A DNA stretch of 57,541 bases, from contig CALUPJ010000068.1 of NCBI GenBank assembly GCA_944322555.1, positions 1 through 57,541 on the forward strand. Direction: 5' to 3'. The notes under the pieces were generated by a model. The model was not told the DNA's origin. It searched no databases and saw only the letters and a list, made by a program, of their open reading frames with translations. The position numbers and the translations under genes are program-made. Source of the stretch: Candidatus Gastranaerophilales bacterium (GTDB taxonomy: Bacteria; Cyanobacteriota; Vampirovibrionia; Gastranaerophilales; Gastranaerophilaceae). How positions within the stretch are numbered: position 1 is the stretch's first letter; the number at the start of each line of letters is the position of its first letter. Positions 9,173-18,590 of the stretch are shown piece by piece.

Positions 9173-12118
9173 TTGGAATTTCAGGGAAGCGACAATAATA
9201 AAGAGGTTTTGACCATCTTCCAGAATGAATCGGAAGAGATAATTGAGCGCATATTCAATAACCTGTTTACGCTTGAGGATATGCCTGCAAATAAAGAACT
9301 CATAGCTTCCGTATACAGGGATTTGCACAGCCTTAAAGGTGCCGTAAGAATGGTAGGATTTAATAATATTCAAACCATTCTGCATAAAATGGAAGATATT
9401 TTTGATGCGGTTAATAATGAAAAATATTATTTGGAGCCTAATGTAATTAAGCTTTTATCACATTCCCTTGAGGCAGTTTCCGGTTATTTGCAAGACTCCG
9501 TAAAAAACGAACGTGAAATTCTGGGTGAAGAATTTTCTTCCATAATATCTAATTTGGAATATATTATAGATGTTGAGATTCCGGCTCAAGTTCAAAAACC
9601 TGCTTCTATTGCCTCTGTTGATTCCGAAGTTTCAGATGAAATATCACAGCATCAGGAGGAGATAAATCAGGGTTTCAATAACTGTTTTGAAATTATTGAC
9701 AGTATTGTTCCGGAGGAAGAATCACAAGATATCGTTGTTTTGCAGGAAGAAGTGCAAAAAATTTATAATTATTTTCAGAATTCAAATTTATACGAGGTTA
9801 AAACTTCTTTAGAAAATATTCTGACAAAGATTGATTTTGTTATGAATGCAACCAACACTTTTACAATCAGTGAAATACTGGAATTACGTAATGAATTAAG
9901 CTCTGCGGCTGCAAAATTTACAACTTCCTGTATAGAAACGGAAGATACGGGACTTACATTTTTTGATGTTGCCGAAAAAATTACAATGCTTCAGGGAAGC
10001 AGTGTCTACACAAAAGAAATTAAAGATGACATTCTTCATTTGAAAGAAGGAATTGACGACCCGAACATACAGGAAGTCGTCAATATGATTATTGAGATAC
10101 TTGATTTTATACTCGAAAATTCCGTTCAGCTTGAAGAACAAATGATGCTGACGCTTAAAAGTGCGGTAGAATATTGTGCTTCTCCGAGTGAAAGTGTTGA
10201 CAGCGACTTGATTGTACAGCAGCTTGAGATTATGAAACAGCTCCTTGAGCTTAATTATAAAAAAGATACCGGTGTCAGTGAAATTAAAACTCTCTCCGCA
10301 CAAACATCATCAGGCAGCAAGACTTCCTCCTCTACAGAGATTAAAACGCTGCATGTTAATGCTCAAAAACTTGACCTGCTTGTAAATCAACTCGGAGAGT
10401 TAATTATTACAAAGATTAAGACTGAAAAAAATCTTGAAAAAATTGATATAATAAAGAATGCCAACGAAAATTGCCAGAAAGATTTGTTGAAAACTTCAAA
10501 TTATCTAAGATATTACAACCGTAAATATTTGCAATCAGGTAATTCCGACCAGTATACCGGTGTTTTTGTCAAACAGGTTTTTTCACTTTTATCAGACATT
10601 ACCCAAAATGTGTCACGGACAATTTATGACCTGAACTCTCTTTATCGTGCTTCCAAAGAAGACGATATGAAAATGCGTCTTATAATCGATGAAATGGAAT
10701 CAATGGTTAAAAATATTCGTGTACTACCCATTTCTACAGTATTTAACTCATTTTCAAGAATGGTCAGGGATATTGCAAATGAAAAAGGTAAAGATATTGA
10801 TTTTGAAATCGAGGGTAAAGATACCTGTGCCGATAAAAAGATTATCGAAGAGATTAAAACACCTCTGATACATATTTTGAGAAACGCAATTGATCACGGT
10901 ATTGAAACTAAAGAAGAAAGAATTGCAAACGGTAAAAATCCGGTAGGCAAAATTTTACTTTCGGCAAAACAGGATGATAATAAGGTCATAATTGATGTTG
11001 TTGACGATGGCCATGGCTTTAATCTTGATAAGATTAAGGAAAGAGCTGTTTCCCGCGGTTTCTTAACCCAGGAAGATATTGATTCTATGACTGATGAAGC
11101 TATTATGAACATTATCTTCTGGCCCGGATTTACAACGGGAGATTCTATTACAAGCATTTCCGGCCGCGGTATCGGGTTAGATGTTGTTAAAACAAAGATT
11201 TCCCAATTGAACGGGAAAGTTAAAGTTATTTCCGAATTTGGCAAAGGAAGCTGCGTGCATATTGAAATTCCGGTTACATTAACAACGCTGCGAGTTTTTC
11301 TTGTTAAAATATCCGAACAGATTTTTGCAATCCCGATTCAGGTAATCACAACATTTATCTTAAAATCTCAGGATGAAATAAACACTAATAACGGTGTACG
11401 TTCAATCATGTATAACGGTAAGATTATCCCTCTTTATTATCTTTCGGATATACTCAAGCTCGAACCGGTGCCGAGAGGTGAAAAAGAAACCATTCTTATT
11501 ATTGAAGCCGATGAGAAAACTATCGGGCTTGTTGTTGACAGATTGCTGGGAGATTAGGATATTTTGCAGAAGAAACTGTCTCCGCCGTTATATAAAGTCA
11601 AAAATATTTCCGGAATTACGAATCTTGCCTCGGGTGAATTGTGTTTGATATTGAATATGCAGGATATCTTGCATTATGATTTTAACAAAGCAATAACGTC
11701 GGCCGCAGCACCGCAGCTTTTACCGACGGATGTTCTGTCATATAAACGAATTCTTGTTGTGGATGACTCTATCACGACAAGAACCATGATAAAAAATATT
11801 TTAATGAATACGGGTTATATGGTAGATGCAGTGCTTGATGCGGAAGAAGCTCTGGTTAAGTTAAAACTCAGTCACTATGATTTAATTATTACGGATATAA
11901 CAATGCCGAAGATTGACGGTTACGAGTTTATCGAAAGATTAAAAACGGATGAAATGTATTCTGATATTCCGATTGTGGTAATGAGTTCTCTTCCGGCGAA
12001 AACAGCTCTTAAAAAACTCAGCCGATTCAAGATAGAGTATTATGTACCTAAAGATAACTTTAATCAGGTTGAATTCTCACAGCAGATTAAGCGAATTTTG
12101 ACTAAATACCACATTTAG
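9173..12118 (+). pseudogene. cheA: CheA-type hybrid kinase (Hpt - dimerisation - HATPase - CheW - REC) interrupted by one in-frame TAG at 11555-11557; nonsense allele, read-through or sequence error
   Basis: RDLHSLKG Hpt, HILRNAIDHG, DDGHG, SGRGIGLDVV; ...LLGD-TAG-DILQKKL continues in the same frame into ORF 11564-12118, which holds the rest of CheW and the REC domain. Confidence 0.85.
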
Positions 12119-12581
12119 CCGTCAGATATTTAGCAACCGCTTCCGGTACAAAGTTTGTTATATCACCTTTATTCAACAAAATCTCTCTTACACAGGAAGA
12201 GGAAATAAAGTTATATTCCGGTTTTGTAATCAAAAATACGGTTTTAATATTGTTGTAAAGTGCATGGTTTGTTTGTGATAACTGCATTTCGTACTCAAAG
12301 TCAAAAGATGTGCGCAGCCCTCTTAAAAGAACGGTAGCACCCCGTTTTTTAGCATACTCAACGGTTAAACCTTCAAAGCAGTCAACTTCTACATTCGGTA
12401 AATCTTTAACACATTCCTGAATAAGTTCCGCGCGTGTACTTACGGGTAAAAACCCTTCTTTATTGGCATTGTAAGAAACCGCTATAATTACTTTATCAAA
12501 AATTTCGGCTCCGCTTTTCAAGATATCTATATGTCCGTTTGTTATCGGATCAAAACTCCCCGGATATATTGCGACAGTCAT
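12102..12581 (-). CDS. coaD: Phosphopantetheine adenylyltransferase
   Basis: AIYPGSFDPITNGH, LRGLR..DFEYE, ISSS. Confidence 0.97.
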   Translation of the reverse strand: MTVAIYPGSFDPITNGHIDILKSGAEIFDKVIIAVSYNANKEGFLPVSTRAELIQECVKDLPNVEVDCFEGLTVEYAKKRGATVLLRGLRTSFDFEYEMQLSQTNHALYNNIKTVFLITKPEYNFISSSCVREILLNKGDITNFVPEAVAKYLTAKCGI

Positions 12582-12632
12582 TATTTCTCCTTGTGTTAAT
12601 AAAATTATAACACAAAGATTACAAAAGCCGGT

Positions 12633-13022
12633 TTATTTATTTTTTGAAAAGAAATCTTTTATTTTATTATAGTATTTAAGACAGAATTCTTTAACCTTGC
12701 GGCATAAATTATGACAGGGCTCCGTTATTTTATCAGATTTTCTTAGAAAATCTTTGAATTTTCCATCTTTTAGTTTGCCAACCAGATCAGCTTTATGTGC
12801 ATAGCCAAGGCCGCCTACTGCCAGACCGGCCAGCACAATTACAGCAGCAAGTCCGCCGAGTACCGAACTGCCGTTATTTTTTTCTTTACCTTTAAAACAA
12901 ACTTTATCAGGGCAATCATTAATCGGGGTTTGTTCCGGAGAGGCATTATATTTTTGCGGATTTAAATTTCTTTTTCCGATGCTTCCTGCGGTTTCACCGC
13001 CGTAAAATGATACATTGTTCAT
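12633..13022 (-). CDS. Orphan small protein with a Gly/Ala-rich hydrophobic helix
   Basis: 129-aa ORF with AGGAGG RBS; VLGGLAAVIVLAGLAVGGLG. Confidence 0.75.
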   Translation of the reverse strand: MNNVSFYGGETAGSIGKRNLNPQKYNASPEQTPINDCPDKVCFKGKEKNNGSSVLGGLAAVIVLAGLAVGGLGYAHKADLVGKLKDGKFKDFLRKSDKITEPCHNLCRKVKEFCLKYYNKIKDFFSKNK

Positions 13023-13054
13023 AACAAACCTCCTGGTTTTACCTTCTATTACAT

Positions 13055-13104
13055 GAAAAACAACAAACCGGAAAAAATTGCCTTTTTGTTACAAAAATTT
13101 ACAA
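13055..13104 (-). promoter_or_regulatory. Shared upstream motif copy (TTGTAA-N4-TTGTAA-N7-GCAATT; downstream hexamer degenerate, TTTTTC)
   Basis: Plus-strand ttacaa 13099-13104 and 13089-13094, aattgc 13076-13081. Confidence 0.55.
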
Positions 13105-13734
13105 AAGAGATTTACGTTTATATTCAAGTTGTTTTTTTATACAAATTTGGGAAATTGTATCAATATCAGTTTCCGGTAAATCAAGAAAATGAAAAGAAGC
13201 TTTATAAATACCGTCATCGTTGTCCGTTCTGACAAGCTCAGCTCCGGCTTTTACTCCTTTGGTTTTGAAAAGCAAATCGATTGTAACGGGTTCTATTGTA
13301 TCAATTTTTCTGTCTAATATTAAACGTACACCGTTGGCGGAAATATCATGAGTTTTACAGGGCAGAACTATATTTTGCCCGTTTTCTTTATATGATAAAA
13401 TAGCATCTTCTTCAAGCTTTACTCTGAAATATTCTCTGTTTTGCTGGTATTCCAATCCTTGCGGTGTTTTAAGCGTAAAAAATATATACGGCTCCTGGTA
13501 TTCTACAAATTTTAATGTTGTATTTGTACGATACAAACCGTTATCGCATATAAAACTCAAAGAGACTTCTTGCGGAGTGTTTATTTTTAAACCTTCTTCA
13601 AATTTTGCACAGGCATGTATTTCACGCTCTCCCAGATGTTTTATGGCGGATTTTGTGCAATGAATTGAATCATTATTATCTCTGTAAACTATTTTAATAT
13701 AGTTTATACTGTCGAAATTAAGACTGAATTTCAT
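13099..13734 (-). CDS. PilZ-domain (YcgR-like) c-di-GMP receptor
   Basis: RxxxR (NREYFRV) and DxSxxG (DISANG) motifs after an N-terminal beta domain. Confidence 0.85.
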   Translation of the reverse strand: MKFSLNFDSINYIKIVYRDNNDSIHCTKSAIKHLGEREIHACAKFEEGLKINTPQEVSLSFICDNGLYRTNTTLKFVEYQEPYIFFTLKTPQGLEYQQNREYFRVKLEEDAILSYKENGQNIVLPCKTHDISANGVRLILDRKIDTIEPVTIDLLFKTKGVKAGAELVRTDNDDGIYKASFHFLDLPETDIDTISQICIKKQLEYKRKSLL

Positions 13735-13775
13735 CTTACTTGTATTATAACAGATTTTGGGACAAAATAATAAAT

Positions 13776-14459
13776 ATGAAGGGTATAATTTTTGATTTTA
13801 ACGGAACATTGTTTTGGGACTCCAAACTTCATTATGATGCTTGGAGAGAATTTTCTAAAGAGTTGAGAGGTACTGCATTTTCTGATGAAGAAATGCGTGA
13901 TAAGATGTTCGGACATACAAATGCAGACATTATAGAATATGCAATCGGTAAAAAACCGTCAGAGGAGCTTGTAGAAAAATATGCTAAAGAAAAAGAAGCG
14001 CTGTATAGAGAACAGTGTTTGCAAGATAAAGACAATTTTAAGCTGGCTCCGGGTGCAGTTGAATTTTTAAATTATTTAAAATCAAATAATATTCCGATGA
14101 CAATTGCAACAATGTCCGAGTGGGATAATGTGGAATTTTATATAAAAGAATTTAATCTTGCCCGCTGGTTTGATTTGAATAAGATTGTATATTCGGACGG
14201 AAAAATTCCGGGTAAGCCTGCTCCTGACATATTCCTTATTGCGGCAGACAAAATAGGATTAAAACCTGAAGATTGTGTTGTAATAGAAGATGCTCTGGCG
14301 GGAATTAGCAGCGCAAAAGCGGCAGGAATCGGTAAAATTATTGCAATTGCTTCATTAGAACCCGTAGAATTTTATCAAAAAATCCCGGAAGTAAGTCAAA
14401 TTATTAAAAATTTTAATGAAATAGACAGACAAATGTTTGAGCATCCGGCAAAAGTTTAA
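13776..14459 (+). CDS. HAD-superfamily hydrolase (beta-phosphoglucomutase/CbbY-like)
   Basis: IIFDFNGTL, GKPAPDIF, VIEDA..G; start moved to ATG 13776 (MKGIIFD). Confidence 0.88.
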   Translation: MKGIIFDFNGTLFWDSKLHYDAWREFSKELRGTAFSDEEMRDKMFGHTNADIIEYAIGKKPSEELVEKYAKEKEALYREQCLQDKDNFKLAPGAVEFLNYLKSNNIPMTIATMSEWDNVEFYIKEFNLARWFDLNKIVYSDGKIPGKPAPDIFLIAADKIGLKPEDCVVIEDALAGISSAKAAGIGKIIAIASLEPVEFYQKIPEVSQIIKNFNEIDRQMFEHPAKV

Positions 14460-14692
14460 GCACACCATCTTGCGATGCCGCCGATTAAAGCGCTTCCGGC
14501 AGCCAAACCAAGTCCTATTCCTGCTCCTGCGGCAAAAGCTTTACCGGGGTTTCCGAAGCAGCTGTTGAAATTGCAGTGCGGAAAGAAGCCGAAACCTAAA
14601 GGATTGAATCCCCAGCCTCCCCAGCCGAAAGGTCTGCAGCCGCCACCGGGTACCATATATGTATTATTGCTGTGAAAATTAATAATAGTCAT
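14456..14692 (-). CDS. Small Gly-rich protein with C-terminal glycine-zipper helix
   Basis: 78 aa, [26 protein letters not shown]. Confidence 0.7.
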   Translation of the reverse strand: MTIINFHSNNTYMVPGGGCRPFGWGGWGFNPLGFGFFPHCNFNSCFGNPGKAFAAGAGIGLGLAAGSALIGGIARWCA

Positions 14693-14722
14693 TTTAACAT
14701 CCTCATTTATCCCTCATATATA

Positions 14723-14773
14723 TAAAGTATATGAGCTTTATAAAATTGCTTTAAATTTTACAATACTTTACAA
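14723..14773 (-). promoter_or_regulatory. Shared upstream motif copy TTGTAA-N4-TTGTAA-N8-GCAATT-N15-ACTTTA
   Basis: Plus-strand ttacaa 14768-14773 and 14758-14763, aattgc 14744-14749, taaagt 14723-14728. Confidence 0.7.
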
Positions 14774-14819
14774 AAGGAGTCTGCAGAAAAACTCTAAAAA
14801 TCGTGCTAATATATGTTAT

Positions 14820-15035
14820 ATGCTGAAAAAGTTTGTTTTAGGCTTAATATTTGTATATCAGAAAATCTCATCTCTTACGCCGGGACGATGCAGGTTTTAT
14901 CCGACCTGTTCCGAATATACCAGACAGGCTGTCGAGAGGTTTGGAATTATGAAAGGAGGCTGGCTCGGTATCAGACGAATATGCAGATGTCATCCGCTAA
15001 ATGAGGGCGGATATGATCCCGTGCCGGAAAAATAG
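14820..15035 (+). CDS. yidD: Membrane protein insertion efficiency factor YidD
   Basis: [10 protein letters not shown]...RICRCHP..GGYDPVP. Confidence 0.95.
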   Translation: MLKKFVLGLIFVYQKISSLTPGRCRFYPTCSEYTRQAVERFGIMKGGWLGIRRICRCHPLNEGGYDPVPEK

Positions 15036-15037
15036 TT

Positions 15038-15553
15038 ATGGCAGAAAGAATTATTATATTTTCAGGTAAGCAATATTCGGGCAAAGATACGGCTGCCAAA
15101 ATTTTAATGGAAGCTATGCCGGATTTTAAACGTTGTGCTATGGGTGATATTATCAAAATAGAATATGCGCAGGCACATGGAATAACTTATGAAGAAATTG
15201 AAGCCGATAAACCGAAATATCGTCAGGGGCTTATTGATTTAGGGAATTGGGGAAGAGAACAAAATCCCGATTACTGGCTTGAAAAAATCATTGCTCAAAA
15301 AGGTAATATTGTTGTAACAGATGTAAGAATTAAACATGAGTATGAAATTTTCAAAAAAGCCGGAGCAGTTTCAATCCGTGTAGAAGCGGCTCGTGAAATC
15401 AGAGAAGCCAGAGGCGGACGGCTGGTCGGTGAAAATGATGTTACAGAAGTTGATTTAGACGATGTTCGGGATTGGAATTTTCTACTCGACAATAACAAGG
15501 ATTACGAAACATTAAAAACAAACGTACTAAGAATTGTTGAACAATTGCATTAA
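15038..15553 (+). CDS. P-loop kinase of NMP-kinase fold, resembling animal-type phosphomevalonate kinase and phage dNMP kinases
   Basis: FSGKQYSGKD, KIEYAQAHG, R..LI..G..GR..NPDYW, VTDVR, TEVDLD. Confidence 0.7.
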   Translation: MAERIIIFSGKQYSGKDTAAKILMEAMPDFKRCAMGDIIKIEYAQAHGITYEEIEADKPKYRQGLIDLGNWGREQNPDYWLEKIIAQKGNIVVTDVRIKHEYEIFKKAGAVSIRVEAAREIREARGGRLVGENDVTEVDLDDVRDWNFLLDNNKDYETLKTNVLRIVEQLH

Positions 15554-17010
15554 GCATTCAGAACCTCCTTCTGTTTTGCAGTTACTGCTAATAATTCTGT
15601 ATTTTGCATTTTTTGTTTTGGATAAATAACTTTATTTACACCGCTTCCAAGTAAACTGAATACGGCACCGGCTATTGAACCTAAAATAAGGCTCTTTGCT
15701 CCTGAGAATAACATTGCGGTTAAAGCCATTGATGTTCCTATACCGGCAATAGCAGGAAATCCTGTAGTTATTGCTTTTTGAATACGTTCGTCTTTGGAAC
15801 TGCAGCTTCCGATAGCAACACCGCTAAGTCCGACCATTGCGAGTCCCGACAGAATATCTGTCGGTGCACCGCCGAGCATTAAATCACGTTTCTTATCAAA
15901 ATATTCGACAGTTTCGCTCAAATTTGCTTTGTGTAAAGATTTATCGGCTTTTCCTAACTTTTTGCCGAGCAATATTGCCTCATCTTTGCTTAAATACGGG
16001 GTAATAATATCGGCAATTTCATTATATTTACCTTTGTGACCCTGAATATCACCGACTAAATTACTTACAACATTCTGTCCTTCCTGTTCCAGTTTGTTTC
16101 TTTGAGGCATAAGTATATCTTCTGCCCAGAAAGACATGTTATCTTTTATTGTCTTTTTCCTGCTGCCATTACCTTTCCACAGGTCTTTTGCGTATTGTTT
16201 GTAACGCGGTGTTAAATCTGCTTCCAAATTTGACATGAGTTTTTCTTGCCTGTTTAATCGTTCAAGTATACTTGAGTCAGAAAAATATTCACGCGCAGTT
16301 TTAATTTCCTGAAGTTTTTGTTCCAAAATCTTCTGCTTATCTGAGGGAAGTTTTGTTTTATAATAGTTTACCAAATCCTCAAGAGCATCAAGTTTTTTAG
16401 AAGCATTCATATATTTATTTTGGACTGTTTTTCTGCTAATACTGTCAAACCAGCTTGTAAGTGATTTATGAATTCCGGCCATAGGATATCTGAAGCCTGC
16501 ATCACATTTCTGTAAAATAGTTCTTGCTGTTTTATTTTTTACTTTACCGAATGTTTTTTCTTTGGTACAAAGCCATTTAAATCCGATATCTTTTCCCGCA
16601 TTTAAGGTGTTTGTAAATTGGAAAATGTCACCAACACCTTTCCAAAATTTGGACATGGTATTAAAGAATTTACTTCGTAATGTATTACCGTTATTTTTTT
16701 GAGCTTTTGTTCCGGCTTTGTGTGACATCATTTTTAGTTTATTAATTAACTTCCCTGAAAATTTGGGGTTTAACATTGCTGCAACTGCGGACAAAACGAG
16801 TACCGAGCTGCCTACGGCAATCGCGGTTTTGTGTGAAGTCTTTTTCTCTTCGCTTTCCTCGGTTTTTACAAATGTATCAACAGTAGTGTTTATTACATTT
16901 TCAACTTTTTCTATAGGCTTTGTTAATATAGGCGTACCGGAAGAACCGTTCCTAAAATAAATTTGGGAATAATGATTATAGTTCATATTGTTATAATCGC
17001 CTATGGACAT
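15550..17010 (-). CDS. Orphan basic helical protein with one N-proximal and several C-terminal Gly/Ala-rich hydrophobic helices
   Basis: 486-aa ORF, no recognisable catalytic motif. Confidence 0.75.
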   Translation of the reverse strand: MSIGDYNNMNYNHYSQIYFRNGSSGTPILTKPIEKVENVINTTVDTFVKTEESEEKKTSHKTAIAVGSSVLVLSAVAAMLNPKFSGKLINKLKMMSHKAGTKAQKNNGNTLRSKFFNTMSKFWKGVGDIFQFTNTLNAGKDIGFKWLCTKEKTFGKVKNKTARTILQKCDAGFRYPMAGIHKSLTSWFDSISRKTVQNKYMNASKKLDALEDLVNYYKTKLPSDKQKILEQKLQEIKTAREYFSDSSILERLNRQEKLMSNLEADLTPRYKQYAKDLWKGNGSRKKTIKDNMSFWAEDILMPQRNKLEQEGQNVVSNLVGDIQGHKGKYNEIADIITPYLSKDEAILLGKKLGKADKSLHKANLSETVEYFDKKRDLMLGGAPTDILSGLAMVGLSGVAIGSCSSKDERIQKAITTGFPAIAGIGTSMALTAMLFSGAKSLILGSIAGAVFSLLGSGVNKVIYPKQKMQNTELLAVTAKQKEVLNA

Positions 17011-17044
17011 GAAAATATTACCTTCTAAACCTGCTACATGAATA

Positions 17045-17071
17045 TAAAGTATAATTCTTAAGGAAAATTGC
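17045..17071 (-). promoter_or_regulatory. Shared upstream motif copy GCAATT-N15-ACTTTA (upstream repeats degenerate)
   Basis: Plus-strand aattgc 17066-17071, taaagt 17045-17050. Confidence 0.6.
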
Positions 17072-17181
17072 CAAATTTTTAAGTTTTGTAAAGTTTATTA
17101 TATCGTTTTTTATATTGTTACCGGTTAATTAATCTTAAAACTTGTTTATGCTAAAATCGAAAAAAATAAGCGGAGATTTTT

Positions 17182-18543
17182 ATGTCAATTATTATAATGA
17201 TTTTGTTATTGAGTTTGTTAATTCTTGTTCACGAAGCCGGTCATTTTTTTACCGCACGCGCTTTCGGAATGAGAGTAGATAAATTTGGCTTCGGCCTGCC
17301 TATCGGACCGACGCTTTTTAAGAAAAAAATCGGTGATGTAGAAGTTTTGGTGCACGCTTTTCTTCTCGGCGGATATGTATCTTTTCCGGATGATGAAAAG
17401 GATTGTGACCTTCCTAAAGATTCTCCGGAACGTTTCAGTAACAAACCTGTATGGCAAAGAGCGGCTGTAGTTTCAGCCGGTGTAATAGCAAATGTAATTT
17501 GTGCAATAGTACTTGTAATGCTGGTTGCATCTGTTTCCCGCCAGCTTCCTTCCGGAAATTACGAAATTTATGCCGGCGAAATAAGCGCCCCAAAAGAGGC
17601 AAGTATCCGGCAATCCGGTCTTAAAACAGGAGACAGAATTTTAAAAGTTAACGGCTGTGAGATAAATAATGCTTATTCTTTTGTTACTCTTGTTAAAAAC
17701 AGTGCAAAAGACAGCGGTCTTGTTTCAAGTGAAACTCTTGAGAGTAACTATACAAAACTTAAAAATTTAAATCCGGGGCTTTCAAAAGATGAAATTATTC
17801 CTGAAAATCTCTCTATAAGACTGCCCGAAGATTTGACAAGAGACGTTATAACAATGGATAAATACGCTCTTAAAGGTGCTAAGTATTTCAAGAGAGAAGG
17901 GGTAAAAGTTGATAAGAGTCTAAATGAATTGAAAAAGCAGCTTGAAGGAAAAAATGTTTACACATCTGACGGCAAATATACGCTTTTTGATATTGCAAAA
18001 GCCATTTCAGACGGAGTTCATCCGATTAATATAACTGTCGAAAGAGAAGGGAAAGTACTGGAATTGCAGCCGATTTATCCCGATGAAAACGGTATAATAG
18101 GTCTCGGGCTCGGAGCGAAACAGACTGTTATAAAGACAGATACACCCTGCGCAATTGTTAAAAACAGTTGTATTTACCTCTGGGATAATACATATTTGAT
18201 GATTTATTCTCTGGGCCAGCTTTTTACGGGTAATATTCCTCTTAAGGACATGCACGGAGTTGTTGCGATAACAAAAATCGGCGGTGATATGATTGAGAAG
18301 AGCGGAAAATCCTCCGGTATTCTTCTTGCGGCATTGATTTCCATGAACCTTGCAATACTTAATATTCTGCCTATTCCCGCATTAGACGGCGGGCATTTGA
18401 TGTTTATGCTTATTGAAAAAATCACGGGCAGACCTGTAGATGAAAAAGTTATAGAAATGATTTCAACTATATTTTTCTCGCTTTTGATAATCCTTATGAT
18501 ATTTGTTGTATTTAATGATATAACGCTTATTGTGAGAAAGTAG
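17182..18543 (+). CDS. rseP: RseP/site-2 intramembrane zinc metalloprotease (M50) with PDZ domain containing an insertion
   Basis: HEAGH, LGGYV, AGVIAN, NILPIPALDGG. Confidence 0.92.
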   Translation: MSIIIMILLLSLLILVHEAGHFFTARAFGMRVDKFGFGLPIGPTLFKKKIGDVEVLVHAFLLGGYVSFPDDEKDCDLPKDSPERFSNKPVWQRAAVVSAGVIANVICAIVLVMLVASVSRQLPSGNYEIYAGEISAPKEASIRQSGLKTGDRILKVNGCEINNAYSFVTLVKNSAKDSGLVSSETLESNYTKLKNLNPGLSKDEIIPENLSIRLPEDLTRDVITMDKYALKGAKYFKREGVKVDKSLNELKKQLEGKNVYTSDGKYTLFDIAKAISDGVHPINITVEREGKVLELQPIYPDENGIIGLGLGAKQTVIKTDTPCAIVKNSCIYLWDNTYLMIYSLGQLFTGNIPLKDMHGVVAITKIGGDMIEKSGKSSGILLAALISMNLAILNILPIPALDGGHLMFMLIEKITGRPVDEKVIEMISTIFFSLLIILMIFVVFNDITLIVRK

Positions 18544-18590
18544 CTCATTGTCTAATTGCGATTAGTGATAAAGTTATTCATAATTCGTAT

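Noticed and set aside
11555-11557. Genome-wide TAG reassignment or pyrrolysine
   Set aside because: Several intact conserved genes here terminate at TAG at the expected C-terminus, and no pyl genes are seen
14723-14749. Shared motif read as a sigma28 promoter (TAAAGT on the opposite strand)
   Set aside because: It points away from the associated genes and has no GCCGATAA -10
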